A stretch of 49,690 nucleotides of DNA, from IMG/VR virus record IMGVR_UViG_3300028585_000030, positions 1 through 49,690 of that record. One strand, written 5' to 3'. This document shows, piece after piece, positions 1 to 8,590 of this stretch. The notes beneath the pieces were generated by a model. That model was not told where the DNA came from and ran no database searches. It saw only the letters and a program-made list of their open reading frames with translations. Each line of letters opens with the position of its first letter. Within the stretch, counting starts at the first letter, position 1. A program made the position numbers and the translations under genes. The stretch comes from a virus. Taxonomy: Duplodnaviria > Caudoviricetes.

Positions 1-149
1 GCCCGAGGCACGGTCTCCCCCGTGGACGCCCGGCTCTCGCGCCTGCTCCGCCGCACGCTGCCCGAGTTCTACATCGCCATGTGGGCCTTCGGCTCGCTCG
101 GCGTGCTCGGCGGCGTCCCGGCCCTCCGGCAGACCTTTGGGCAGGACTA
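1..149 (+). repeat. Terminal direct repeat, left copy (assembly circularisation overlap)
   Basis: Matches 49542-49690 except at positions 10, 19 and 23. Confidence 0.95.
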
Positions 150-423
150 CGCGATCGGCCTCAGCTTCGCCCTCGCCGCGGCCTCCCTCGCGTGCTTCGC
201 CGGCATCGTCCTCCCCGCGCGCCTGTCACGCTTCGAGCTCTACGGAGCGGGCGCCCTCGGGGGCCTGCTCATCCTCTACGCGATCGCCGTCCTCATCGCC
301 GGGCTCACGACGGGCGACCTCGGCCGCACCGCCGTCGCCGCGGCGATCTACGGGATGTCGACGCTGCCACGATGGCGCGTCACCGACGTCGCGCGCGAAC
401 GAAGGGTCCACGGATGGAAGTAG
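1..423 (+). CDS. 4-TM membrane protein of the lysis cassette, 3' part; true start is GTG 49491 across the circular junction
   Basis: Four hydrophobic segments; frame continues from 49491 (MRSVLGGVRR...AEDARLSRLL); follows the holin by a GTGA overlap. Confidence 0.75.
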   Translation, partial: ARGTVSPVDARLSRLLRRTLPEFYIAMWAFGSLGVLGGVPALRQTFGQDYAIGLSFALAAASLACFAGIVLPARLSRFELYGAGALGGLLILYAIAVLIAGLTTGDLGRTAVAAAIYGMSTLPRWRVTDVARERRVHGWK

Positions 424-950
424 CAGCAGCAGCCCTCCCCGCCGGCTTCGACATCCCGCCGGGCGTCGCCGGCGTCATCGCGTCCGTGTGCGTCCTCATC
501 GGCATCGTCTACCAGGCCCGCCGCGCCGACAAGCGCGCGAAGTCCGACGAGACCGCGGAGCCCGTGCCCGAGGTCGCAGTACCCGCCGCGCCCGTGCCAC
601 CGCCGAACGCCGACATGGACTTCGTCCGCTACGTCCGCGAGGAGGTCGCGAGCGCGGTCGCCCGCGAGACCGCCGCGCTCCGTGCCGAGCTCGACGACCT
701 CCGCGAGCACTTCGGCGCCGTCGCCGGCAAGCTCGCCCGCACTCGACAGGCATTCCGCGAGTTCATCCGCGATGTCTACGAGCTATGGCCCGCCGGGCCC
801 GTGCAGCCCCCGCACGTGCCCGGTCACGTCCGCACCCTCCTGCTCGAGGACGACCTCGACGGCACTCTGTCGCGCGCCGAGGTGCGCGACAGGGTCGCGA
901 CCGATCGAGCAGTCCGCGAATCCACCACCGAACCTGACAACTACGGCTAG
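414..950 (+). CDS. Single-TM membrane protein with coiled coil (lysis accessory)
   Basis: ATG 414; N-terminal TM ([17 protein letters not shown]), basic patch, then heptad-like segment; located in lysis cassette. Confidence 0.65.
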   Translation: MEVAAAALPAGFDIPPGVAGVIASVCVLIGIVYQARRADKRAKSDETAEPVPEVAVPAAPVPPPNADMDFVRYVREEVASAVARETAALRAELDDLREHFGAVAGKLARTRQAFREFIRDVYELWPAGPVQPPHVPGHVRTLLLEDDLDGTLSRAEVRDRVATDRAVRESTTEPDNYG

Positions 951-958
951 GAGACCTC

Positions 959-2383
959 ATGCCCGAGCAGCTCGCTCCCCCGGTCGCCCCGAACGGGCGT
1001 GTCGTCCGTCGCTTCACCGCGGCGGACGGCACGCCCGCGAGCGGCGCCGTGATCTTCACACCCCGCGCGACGTCGGCCGTGCCCGGCGCCGCGATCGTCG
1101 ACGCCTCGGTCGTCGCCGAGCTCGACGCCGAGGGGTGGATCAGTCAGGACCTCGTCGCCTCCGAGCAGGACGGCACGTTCCGCACCTACGTCGTCGCGCT
1201 CCGCGGTGTCTACTACGGCTTCGACCAGGAGACCGCGCCGGCCTTCGACATCGTCGTGGCCCCCGGCGAGGTCCTCGACCTCGGCGAGGTGACCCCCGTG
1301 CCGCCGAGCTTCGGGGTCGCCCTCGTCGTCGACGAGTCGACCGCGATCCGGGCCGAGCTCGCCGCGACGTCGTCCGAGGTCTCGGCCGCGCGCGCCGAGA
1401 GCGCCGCCGATCGCGCCGAGGCCGGCGGAGGAGGCGACGGCAGCGGCACCGTGGGCCCCGCAGGCCCGGCCGGCCCCCGCGGCCCCGAGGGGCCCGCAGG
1501 AGAGCCCGGAGCGACCGGAGCTCGTGGCGCGGACGGCGCGACGGGTCCTCGCGGCCTCGACGGCCCCGTGGGCGCCACCGGCTCCCCGGGCACCGCCGGC
1601 CCGAAGGGTGAGACCGGCCCGGCCGGCCGTGACGGCAAGGATGGCGCCACCGGTGCCACCGGCCCCCGCGGCGAGACCGGCGAGGCCGGCCCCGTCGGTC
1701 CGGCCGGCCCCGCAGGCGGAGGCGACGGCACGGGCACGGTCGGCCCTCAGGGACCCGCCGGCCCGGCCGGTCCCGCCGGCGCGGACGGCGCGACCGGCCC
1801 CGTGGGCCCGGCCGGCCCCGAGGGCCCCCGAGGTGAGACCGGGGCCGCAGGTGCCGACGGAGCCCGAGGCGCAACCGGCCCGGACGGCCCGCAGGGGCCC
1901 GCAGGAGCCGACGGGACCGCCGGGGCGACCGGAGAGCGCGGACCGACCGGCCCCGAGGGCGCAGAGGGGCAGCAGGGGCCGCGGGGGATGACCGGTGCCG
2001 ACGGGGCAACGGGCCCTCGAGGGCCGATCGGCGAGACCGGCGCCACCGGTCCGACCGGTGCCACGGGGCCCGCCGGCGCGGATGGCGCGACGGGAGCGAC
2101 CGGAGGCGCCGGCAAGGATGGCGTGACGGGCGCCACGGGCCCGGCCGGTAAGGATGGCGCGGCCGGCGCGAAGGGTGACACCGGGGCCGCCGGGACGGCG
2201 GGCGCCACCGGTGCCACGGGCGCCACGGGGCCGACGGGTCCGACCGGTCCGACGGGCTCGGCCGGCTCGACGGGGCCGACCGGCCCGCAGGGGGCGACGG
2301 GCAACGTCCTCCTCCTGCCCGCAGGCGCCACCGCGACCCCCACGACGACGCCGGCGGGCACGCTCGTCGCCTACAGGAGCTAG
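959..2383 (+). CDS. Collagen-like (Gly-X-Y) minor tail/fibre protein
   Basis: AGGAG RBS; long GXY run about 1450-2300 with a GGGDGTGTV interruption; globular N-terminal domain. Confidence 0.85.
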   Translation: MPEQLAPPVAPNGRVVRRFTAADGTPASGAVIFTPRATSAVPGAAIVDASVVAELDAEGWISQDLVASEQDGTFRTYVVALRGVYYGFDQETAPAFDIVVAPGEVLDLGEVTPVPPSFGVALVVDESTAIRAELAATSSEVSAARAESAADRAEAGGGGDGSGTVGPAGPAGPRGPEGPAGEPGATGARGADGATGPRGLDGPVGATGSPGTAGPKGETGPAGRDGKDGATGATGPRGETGEAGPVGPAGPAGGGDGTGTVGPQGPAGPAGPAGADGATGPVGPAGPEGPRGETGAAGADGARGATGPDGPQGPAGADGTAGATGERGPTGPEGAEGQQGPRGMTGADGATGPRGPIGETGATGPTGATGPAGADGATGATGGAGKDGVTGATGPAGKDGAAGAKGDTGAAGTAGATGATGATGPTGPTGPTGSAGSTGPTGPQGATGNVLLLPAGATATPTTTPAGTLVAYRS

Positions 2384-2386
2384 GCC

Positions 2387-3991
2387 GTGGCGTACACGAT
2401 GCCCGCGCGGCGGACCCCGAGCTACACGGTCCTCTCGGGCACGCAGCACGTGTGTGCGTTCGACAGCTCGATCGCGGTCGGCGACCTCATGGTGCTCGTC
2501 ATCGAGCAGGTCGCCTCAGCGACGTCGCCGGCACCGACGGGTTGGGCGCTTCGGGCCTCGAACACGCACAACTCGCGAGCCCTGTTCGTGTTCACGAAGG
2601 TGCGCGAGACCGACGAGACCGGGGTCACCGTGACCCGGTCGACGGCCGGCGCGGGCAAGGCGACGATCGCGGCGCTCGGGTCGGCTAGGACCGATCCGAG
2701 TACGTGGGTCATCGGCGCGATCAAGGGGCGCGCGCAGAGCCCCGCGGACACGAACGTGCAGACGACCGCCTTGAGCATCACGACGACTCAGGCGAACACG
2801 ATGGTCCTGTCGATCTTCGGCGAGGCGACGACGACGAACGAGACAGCGACGCCGCCCACGGTCGCCGGGGCGACGTTCTGGCACTACGCGCCGCAGACTC
2901 AGGCGAGCTCCGAGATTGAGACCGTCCTGCTCGCCTACGAGGAGATGGCGGCCGCGGGCGCGACGGGCAACACGGTCGCGACCTACCAGAACGTGCAGGC
3001 GAGCAACGGCGCCGGCGTTCAGATCGGGTTCCCGGGAGTCGAGACCACCGCGCCGATCATCCCGAAGCTCGCGGCGAAGGCGGCCGACGGCGCCGGCGGC
3101 ATCATCGACGTCGGCCTGGTCGGCTACGACGGGTCGGCCGAGGTCGCCCTGGCGAAGGTCGAGTACGTGCACGGCGGCACGATGGTCCCCGACCTCGACC
3201 GCACCTCGCGGGTGTGGACGATGGGGCACCGAGGCGGGTCGCTCGACTACCAGGAGCACAGTGCTCGGGGCTACGTCGAGTGCGCGATCAACCACCTCGA
3301 CGTGTTGGAGTTCTCGGTGGCCATGAGCTCCGACGGGGTCCTGTTCGGGCTGCACGACGACACCCTGAACCGGACTTCGTCGAGCCTAGGGTCGACCGCT
3401 GTGAAGCCGGGCGATCGGACGTGGGCGCAGATTCAGGCACTCGTCCAGGACCTGCCGAACCGGGGCGACTCCCGGTTCACCACCGCGCCCTACCTCAGCC
3501 TCGACGACTTCGTCGCGCAGTGGGCGAATTCCCACACCCTCATGTTCGACCCGAAGGTCCTCAGCACCGCGCAGCGGAAGGTGCTCATGGCCCGGCTGCA
3601 ACAGATCCCGGACTATCAGCGGCGGGTCCTCGGGAAGTACTACACGACGGGCACCGCGATCGCCGACGAGTTCCACGCGATCGGCTGCAAGGTGTGGGGC
3701 TACAGCTACACCGCCGACCTCGGGACGTTCCCGAACGGCACCGGCACCGGCCAGCCCTTCGTCGTGCGGACCGACAGCAGCAGCACCGTCGGTACGGCGT
3801 CGAAGTGGGACTACCTCGGCCTCGAGTACACCGCCGACGATCGGGCGTGGGCCGCGATGCTGCAAGTGGCCGGCTCGAAGAAGGTCGTCGCGCACATCGT
3901 GCCGACCGCGGCCGCGGCGACGTCGGCCGTCGCGAAGGGCGCCCGAGCCCTGCAAGTCTCGGGAGTCCGATCGGTCTCCGCCGCCTACTGA
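2387..3991 (+). CDS. Two-domain protein: beta-rich N-terminal domain plus glycerophosphodiester phosphodiesterase (GDPD) domain; probably virion-associated
   Basis: GDPD motifs GHRGG, EHS, LEFSV..SSDGV.FGLHDDTLNRT. Confidence 0.8.
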   Translation: MAYTMPARRTPSYTVLSGTQHVCAFDSSIAVGDLMVLVIEQVASATSPAPTGWALRASNTHNSRALFVFTKVRETDETGVTVTRSTAGAGKATIAALGSARTDPSTWVIGAIKGRAQSPADTNVQTTALSITTTQANTMVLSIFGEATTTNETATPPTVAGATFWHYAPQTQASSEIETVLLAYEEMAAAGATGNTVATYQNVQASNGAGVQIGFPGVETTAPIIPKLAAKAADGAGGIIDVGLVGYDGSAEVALAKVEYVHGGTMVPDLDRTSRVWTMGHRGGSLDYQEHSARGYVECAINHLDVLEFSVAMSSDGVLFGLHDDTLNRTSSSLGSTAVKPGDRTWAQIQALVQDLPNRGDSRFTTAPYLSLDDFVAQWANSHTLMFDPKVLSTAQRKVLMARLQQIPDYQRRVLGKYYTTGTAIADEFHAIGCKVWGYSYTADLGTFPNGTGTGQPFVVRTDSSSTVGTASKWDYLGLEYTADDRAWAAMLQVAGSKKVVAHIVPTAAAATSAVAKGARALQVSGVRSVSAAY

Positions 3992-4001
3992 TCCGCCCCG
4001 C

Positions 4002-4054
4002 ACACGACAGCGCCCCCCGACCTCATCCGAGGCCGGGGGGCGCTTTCGTCGTGT
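4002..4054. terminator. Bidirectional intrinsic terminator between convergent genes
   Basis: Long hairpin acacgac..cgccccccg-acctcatccgaggc-cggggggcg..tttcgtcgtgt. Confidence 0.8.
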
Positions 4055-4061
4055 CCGGGGT

Positions 4062-5156
4062 CTAGCTCTCGTCCTCCACGGAGTCGAGGGCGACCTGGCG
4101 GCGACGGGCGACGAGCACGGCGCCGAGGCCGAGCAGCGCGAGCCCGAGCGAGCCACCGACGGCCGCCCACAGGTTCGCGGTCGAGCCGGTGAACGCGAGA
4201 CCGTCAGGGGTCTCAGTCGACGCGACCGCGGCCGGGGCCGGGGTCTCGGCCGGCACGATCACCGCGGCGGGCGCCGGGGTCTCCGTCAGGACGGGGGCGA
4301 TCGTCACGGGCGTCGTCGGCTCGGCCGTGGGCTCCTCGACGGGGGTCTCCTCGACGGGCGTGCTCGGCGTCGTGGGCTCCTCGACGGGCGTCGTCGGCTC
4401 GTCAGTCGGCGGGGTCACCACCGGGGGCTCCTCCGTGGGGCAGTTGCCGACCGAGGCGAACGACCACGAGCGGTCGCCGGCGGTCACCGTGTAGGTGCCG
4501 TCGATCGGCTGCAAGCGCGTGCCGTCGGCGTCCGTGTGCACGGCCTCGCCGGCGGGGACGACGAAGGTGACGCCCTGCACGAGGTAGGTGACCTCGGCCG
4601 TGCTCGCCGTGTTGTCGAGGACGAACGCCCCGCCGTCGCACGTGATGTAGTCCTGGACCCGCGGCTCGACGACGACGACGGGCGGCGTCACCACCGGCGG
4701 CTCGACGGGGGGAGTGACGACCACCGGGGGCTCCACGGGCGGGGTCACGACGACCGGGGGCTCGACCGGAGGCACGACCACCGGCGGCTCGACGGGCGGC
4801 GTCACGACCGGGGGCGGCGTGATGCAGGAGGCGGGCGTGGCGCCGGTCTCCGTGAACGAGTAGCGCGGGCCGTCCGAGCTCACGACGCTCACCGTCCAGT
4901 CGTGGCGCGTGTTCGGGGCGAAGTTGACCGAGTCCTGGAAGCCCTCGGCTCCGAAGGTGGCCGACCAGGCCGTCTTGCCGTCGACGACGGCGGTCGTCGT
5001 CGAGCCGGCGGGGTAGCCCTGTAGCTGCAGAGCTATCTGGGTGCACGACGTCACGAACGTCGGCGTGTGGGCCTGTGCGGCCTGCGGGGCGGCGACGACG
5101 CCGAGGATGGCGAGCAGCCCGACGCCGTAGGGCGCGAGCTTCGTGAGGCGGTTCAT
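4062..5156 (-). CDS. Secreted sortase-anchored (LAFTG) Pro/Thr-rich cell-surface protein
   Basis: AGGAGA RBS before ATG 5156; Sec signal ending AAQA; PPVVTPPVE repeats; C-terminal LAFTG, hydrophobic helix and RRR. Confidence 0.85.
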   Translation of the reverse strand: MNRLTKLAPYGVGLLAILGVVAAPQAAQAHTPTFVTSCTQIALQLQGYPAGSTTTAVVDGKTAWSATFGAEGFQDSVNFAPNTRHDWTVSVVSSDGPRYSFTETGATPASCITPPPVVTPPVEPPVVVPPVEPPVVVTPPVEPPVVVTPPVEPPVVTPPVVVVEPRVQDYITCDGGAFVLDNTASTAEVTYLVQGVTFVVPAGEAVHTDADGTRLQPIDGTYTVTAGDRSWSFASVGNCPTEEPPVVTPPTDEPTTPVEEPTTPSTPVEETPVEEPTAEPTTPVTIAPVLTETPAPAAVIVPAETPAPAAVASTETPDGLAFTGSTANLWAAVGGSLGLALLGLGAVLVARRRQVALDSVEDES

Positions 5157-5206
5157 GAGGTCTCCTGTGATCGAGGTGATGGTGGTTCTGCCTAGAGGGG
5201 CAGCCC

Positions 5207-5231
5207 CGCCCCCTGACGATGCCAGGGGGCG
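5207..5231 (-). terminator. Hairpin between leftward genes
   Basis: cgccccctg-acgatgc-cagggggcg stem-loop. Confidence 0.5.
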
Positions 5232-5242
5232 AGACAACGCCG

Positions 5243-5668
5243 CTAGAGCCGGCGGAGGTTCGGGTAGTACATCTCCTCGAAGGCCGGGAGCGTCATGCCC
5301 TTACTCGTGCCGTATCCGGCGAAGTCGCTCGCGAACATCGCGATCGAGGTGCGGCAGCTCGTCCGCTCACGGGCGTAGGCGAGCGCCTCGTCCCATGCCG
5401 CGTTCCTGACCTCGCGGGGGGTCGGTTGCTTGCCGACCGTGAGGCCCTCGACGACCGTGACGCCGACGAACTCGGGCAGGGCGGTCACCGGCCACACGTA
5501 GTAGCCGTCGTCGTCGAGCACGCCGCCGAGGGTGTAGTCGGGGTCGAGCCCGAGGGCTCGCAGGTCGTGCTCGCCGACGTAGAGCCCGGGGGCCGGAGCT
5601 TCGACGGGGGTGACGCCTTCGACGGCGTAGGCGTGCGGTGCGAGGTTGGCGAGCGAGATGAGCAGCAT
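5243..5668 (-). CDS. Hypothetical protein (leftward operon)
   Basis: AGGAGA RBS; phage-typical codon usage on the minus strand. Confidence 0.7.
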   Translation of the reverse strand: MLLISLANLAPHAYAVEGVTPVEAPAPGLYVGEHDLRALGLDPDYTLGGVLDDDGYYVWPVTALPEFVGVTVVEGLTVGKQPTPREVRNAAWDEALAYARERTSCRTSIAMFASDFAGYGTSKGMTLPAFEEMYYPNLRRL

Positions 5669-5696
5669 GAGGGGTCTCCTGACGAGTCGAGTCGAG

Positions 5697-5987
5697 CTAG
5701 ATCGTGTAGCGGGCGGCGGCGGTCTCGAGGCCGACCAGCAGCGCGGCGAGCAGGTCGGCGGGGCGGGCGACCTCCTCGACGGCCATGAGCAGGTCGACGG
5801 CGTCGCGGGCCGCGGCGTACAGGCTCGGGCGCGGCTTCACGAGGCGGACGAACATCGCGGCCGCCAGGACCTCCTCGCCGGCGACGGAGATGAGCTCGGG
5901 CTCGTTGTCCAGGGCGAGCTCGACCGCGGTCTCGGCGATGCCGTGACGGACCGGGATGGCGAGCAATTCGAGCGGCGTCGTGGTCAT
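5697..5987 (-). CDS. Hypothetical protein (first leftward gene)
   Basis: AGGAG RBS; codon usage. Confidence 0.7.
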   Translation of the reverse strand: MTTTPLELLAIPVRHGIAETAVELALDNEPELISVAGEEVLAAAMFVRLVKPRPSLYAAARDAVDLLMAVEEVARPADLLAALLVGLETAAARYTI

Positions 5988-6004
5988 GGTGGCTCCTGTT
6001 GTTC

Positions 6005-6124
6005 GGGCGGATCGTGGTTGGTGTCATGAGTCTCACACAAGTCACGTCGTGACGCAACTAGTCACGAAAAGACGTGAGCGAGTCTGATTCGTGCTATGTT
6101 CGTCATCACAACCACGATCCGCCC
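6005..6124. promoter_or_regulatory. Divergent promoter/operator region
   Basis: Leftward TTGCGT(6057-6052)-17-GAGACT(6034-6029); rightward extended -10 TGcTATGTT (6092-6100); palindrome GTCACGtCGTGAC 6041-6053; 16-bp inverted repeat 6005-6020/6109-6124. Confidence 0.7.
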
Positions 6125-6145
6125 TCACCACCTACAGGAGCACTC

Positions 6146-6787
6146 ATGACTCGCACCGACGACATCGCAGCAGCCCGAGCAGCCGACGAGCGCATCGCCG
6201 AGGTGTGGGGCATCTACTGGGATGCCGTCGACGAGCAGGTCGCCCCCGCCGTCCTCAGCGTCCGCGAGGCCCGCCGACTCGCGAAGCACGCCGCCGGCCG
6301 CAACGCCGAGCGTGCCGCCGCAGCGCAGACCCGCCTCGAGGCCGCGATCGCCCGCGAGGATGCCGCCCGCGAGGCCGTCCGCCCTCTCCGCGACGCCGCC
6401 CGCACCCTCGACGACGAGCTCTATACCGGGTGGACCCGCTTCTACCTCGTGCAGCACATCCACTCCTCACAGTCGTGCTCCTCGTTCCGCCCGACGACGC
6501 GCGTCGGATGGCTGCCGAAGCTCTCCGGCCTGACCGAGGCCGAGGCCGTCGCCGCCCACGGCTCGATCCTCTGCACGAAGTGCTTCCCGAGCGCCCCCGT
6601 CGAGTGGACGGACGGCCGCGGCGCCACGGACGACGGCACGTGCCCCGGCTCCGGCACCCCGGTCTCTCTCGCGCCGAGCTCGCGCCGTGGCTACGCCGCC
6701 GGCAACTGGGCCGAATGTCCCGAGTGCGGCAAGCGCGTCGGCATGCCCGGCTCCGCCGCGAACGTGCGTAAGCACGCCCGCCCCTGA
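6146..6787 (+). CDS. Hypothetical protein with Cys/His metal-binding motifs (first rightward gene)
   Basis: AGGAG RBS; HIHSSQSC, CTKCFPSAP, CPGSG...CPECG. Confidence 0.75.
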   Translation: MTRTDDIAAARAADERIAEVWGIYWDAVDEQVAPAVLSVREARRLAKHAAGRNAERAAAAQTRLEAAIAREDAAREAVRPLRDAARTLDDELYTGWTRFYLVQHIHSSQSCSSFRPTTRVGWLPKLSGLTEAEAVAAHGSILCTKCFPSAPVEWTDGRGATDDGTCPGSGTPVSLAPSSRRGYAAGNWAECPECGKRVGMPGSAANVRKHARP

Positions 6788-6794
6788 CCCCCAC

Positions 6795-6818
6795 GGGGGC
6801 CGCCGACCGGCGGCCCCC
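6795..6818 (+). terminator. GC-rich hairpin after the first early gene
   Basis: gggggccgcc-gacc-ggcggccccc; no U-tract. Confidence 0.5.
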
Positions 6819-6843
6819 TCCCCCCTCACCCCCAGGAGAGACC

Positions 6844-7098
6844 ATGACCACCACCACCTCGCCGGCCACCGGGCCCGCGCCCCTCCGCGAGACCGTCCGC
6901 AACAACATCCGAGTCGAGATGGCACGGCGCAGCATGAGCGGCCCCGACCTCGCGGCCGCGCTCGACGTCGCGCCGTACTGGGTCTCGCGCCGACTCGCCG
7001 GCACCATCGCGATCGACCTCGCCGACCTCGGCATGATCGCCGCGGCCCTCGACACGACGCCCGCGCAGCTCGTCACCGAGACCGAGGAGCAGTCGTGA
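6844..7098 (+). CDS. XRE/Cro-like helix-turn-helix protein
   Basis: NIRVEMARRSMSGPDLAAALDVAPYWVSRRLAG...DLGMIAAALD fits the HTH_XRE pattern. Confidence 0.85.
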   Translation: MTTTTSPATGPAPLRETVRNNIRVEMARRSMSGPDLAAALDVAPYWVSRRLAGTIAIDLADLGMIAAALDTTPAQLVTETEEQS

Positions 7099-7286
7099 GG
7101 CGCCTCGCCGTCGGCCTGCTCCTCATCGTGCTCGCCGTGCCCGTCGGCCTCACCGTGCCGACCGCGACCGCGAACGGCCAGACCGTCCTCGCCGTGCTCA
7201 TCCTCGTCGCCGGCGCCTACCTCGCGCTCACCTCGACCGTCGTCGACCACTCCGCCCGCCCTCGCCGCCGGCGCCGCCGCTCATGA
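7095..7286 (+). CDS. Small 2-TM membrane protein
   Basis: GTGA overlap; two hydrophobic helices and an Arg-rich tail. Confidence 0.6.
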   Translation: MRRLAVGLLLIVLAVPVGLTVPTATANGQTVLAVLILVAGAYLALTSTVVDHSARPRRRRRRS

Positions 7287-7528
7287 GCACCATCACGCTC
7301 CGCGACCTCTGCAACCAAGACGACGGCGGCGCCCCGTTCGTGATGTCGGGCACGCTCGAACAGGCGATCGCGTACCTCGACGGCCCGGTCCGCCGCGACA
7401 CGCGCGCCGAGGACGTGCAGGTCGTCGACGCCGTCGTGGCCGAACTCCGCTCCGGTCAATTCGACTCCGGCGCCACCGGCGCGACCCGCCTCGGCGTCGA
7501 GCTCACACGAAGCGGAGCGGACTCGTGA
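7283..7528 (+). CDS. Hypothetical protein
   Basis: ATGA/GTGA translational coupling on both sides. Confidence 0.65.
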   Translation: MSTITLRDLCNQDDGGAPFVMSGTLEQAIAYLDGPVRRDTRAEDVQVVDAVVAELRSGQFDSGATGATRLGVELTRSGADS

Positions 7529-8142
7529 CGACCTGGCGCGTCGTCGGCGTCGACCTCAGCATGGCCAACACCGGCGTGTGTGTCATCCGCATCGGCTCCG
7601 GGCTCGAGGCGGGGCTCTACAGCGTCAAGACCACCACCGACCGGTTGCCCGAGAACGCCGACCCGTACCCGCACCTCCGCAACCGGCTCCGCACGATCGT
7701 CGCGCGCATCCTCCGCGCCGGCCGCTTCGAGCGCGCCGACGACGAGCTCACCCTGTGGGTGCTCGAAGGGCCTTCCCTCGGCTCCGGGACGAAAGAGAAG
7801 CAGGCTCACCAGCACACGCGCGCCGGGCTGTGGCACATCCTCTACAACCAGCTCGCCCTCGACGGCTTCGTGGCCGTCGTCCCGCCCAAGACCCTCAAGT
7901 CCTACGTCGCCAAGAATGGCAACGCCGACAAGGTCAAAATGATGGAGGCCGCCGTCGGGCGGGCCTTCCCTGGCGTGAACTTCCGAGGTGACGACAACCT
8001 CGTCGACGCCTACGGACTGGCAGCCATGGGCTGCCGTGAGCTCGGCTATCCGGTCGAGCCCTCCCCGCAGCGGATCAACCCGGGCGCCCTCGCGTCCGTC
8101 CGTTGGCCCGCTGCCATCTCACTGAACAGGAGCACTACATGA
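7525..8142 (+). CDS. ruvC: RuvC-like Holliday junction resolvase
   Basis: VVGVDLSMANTG, VLEG, VPPKTLK..AKNGNADK, DNLVDAYGLA motifs. Confidence 0.85.
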   Translation: MTTWRVVGVDLSMANTGVCVIRIGSGLEAGLYSVKTTTDRLPENADPYPHLRNRLRTIVARILRAGRFERADDELTLWVLEGPSLGSGTKEKQAHQHTRAGLWHILYNQLALDGFVAVVPPKTLKSYVAKNGNADKVKMMEAAVGRAFPGVNFRGDDNLVDAYGLAAMGCRELGYPVEPSPQRINPGALASVRWPAAISLNRSTT

Positions 8143-8516
8143 GCGACAAGAAGCCCGCGCTGAAGGCGGCGACACCGAACGACGAGGACGCGAACGCCCT
8201 CAAAGGGGACGCCGCGCACGACTTCCTCACCGAGCGGTTCACCGACCCGACGAAGGCGAACCGCGTCCTGATCGTCGCGGTGGCCCGAGTGACCGAGGCC
8301 GGCGGGCACGATGACGCCGGCGCCCGGATCACGAAGTACCGCCTGGATCACATCGAAGCGGCCTTCACGGAGGGCGACGAGAAGAAGCTGGCCGACCTCC
8401 TCGCCCGCATGAGCAAGACCCGGACGCAGAACAGCACGGTCGCGGCTCTGCAGGACCCGGTCGAGGACACCCCCCTGGCCGGCGTCGACGACGAGCTCAA
8501 CGACACGACCGACTAG
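8139..8516 (+). CDS. Hypothetical protein
   Basis: AGGAG RBS; ATGA overlap. Confidence 0.7.
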   Translation: MSDKKPALKAATPNDEDANALKGDAAHDFLTERFTDPTKANRVLIVAVARVTEAGGHDDAGARITKYRLDHIEAAFTEGDEKKLADLLARMSKTRTQNSTVAALQDPVEDTPLAGVDDELNDTTD

Positions 8517-8590
8517 CTCAACCCGGGGCGCCGGCGGCCACGACCGGCGCCCCCTCCACCTCATCACCACGAACAGGAGCACCACGCATC

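Noticed and set aside
1-23. Three mismatches between the terminal repeat copies as a diversity-generating or biological LTR signal
   Set aside because: Mismatches cluster at the extreme contig start, are not adenine-specific, and no reverse transcriptase is present; most likely low-quality contig-end bases. The GTG start at 22 arises from one of these mismatches.
1450-2300. Highly repetitive DNA as a CRISPR array or satellite
   Set aside because: 9-nt periodicity is explained by Gly-X-Y codons; no constant repeat with unique spacers
4660-4830. Tandem repeats of about 27-30 nt
   Set aside because: They encode the PPVVTPPVE linker of the surface protein; not a separate element
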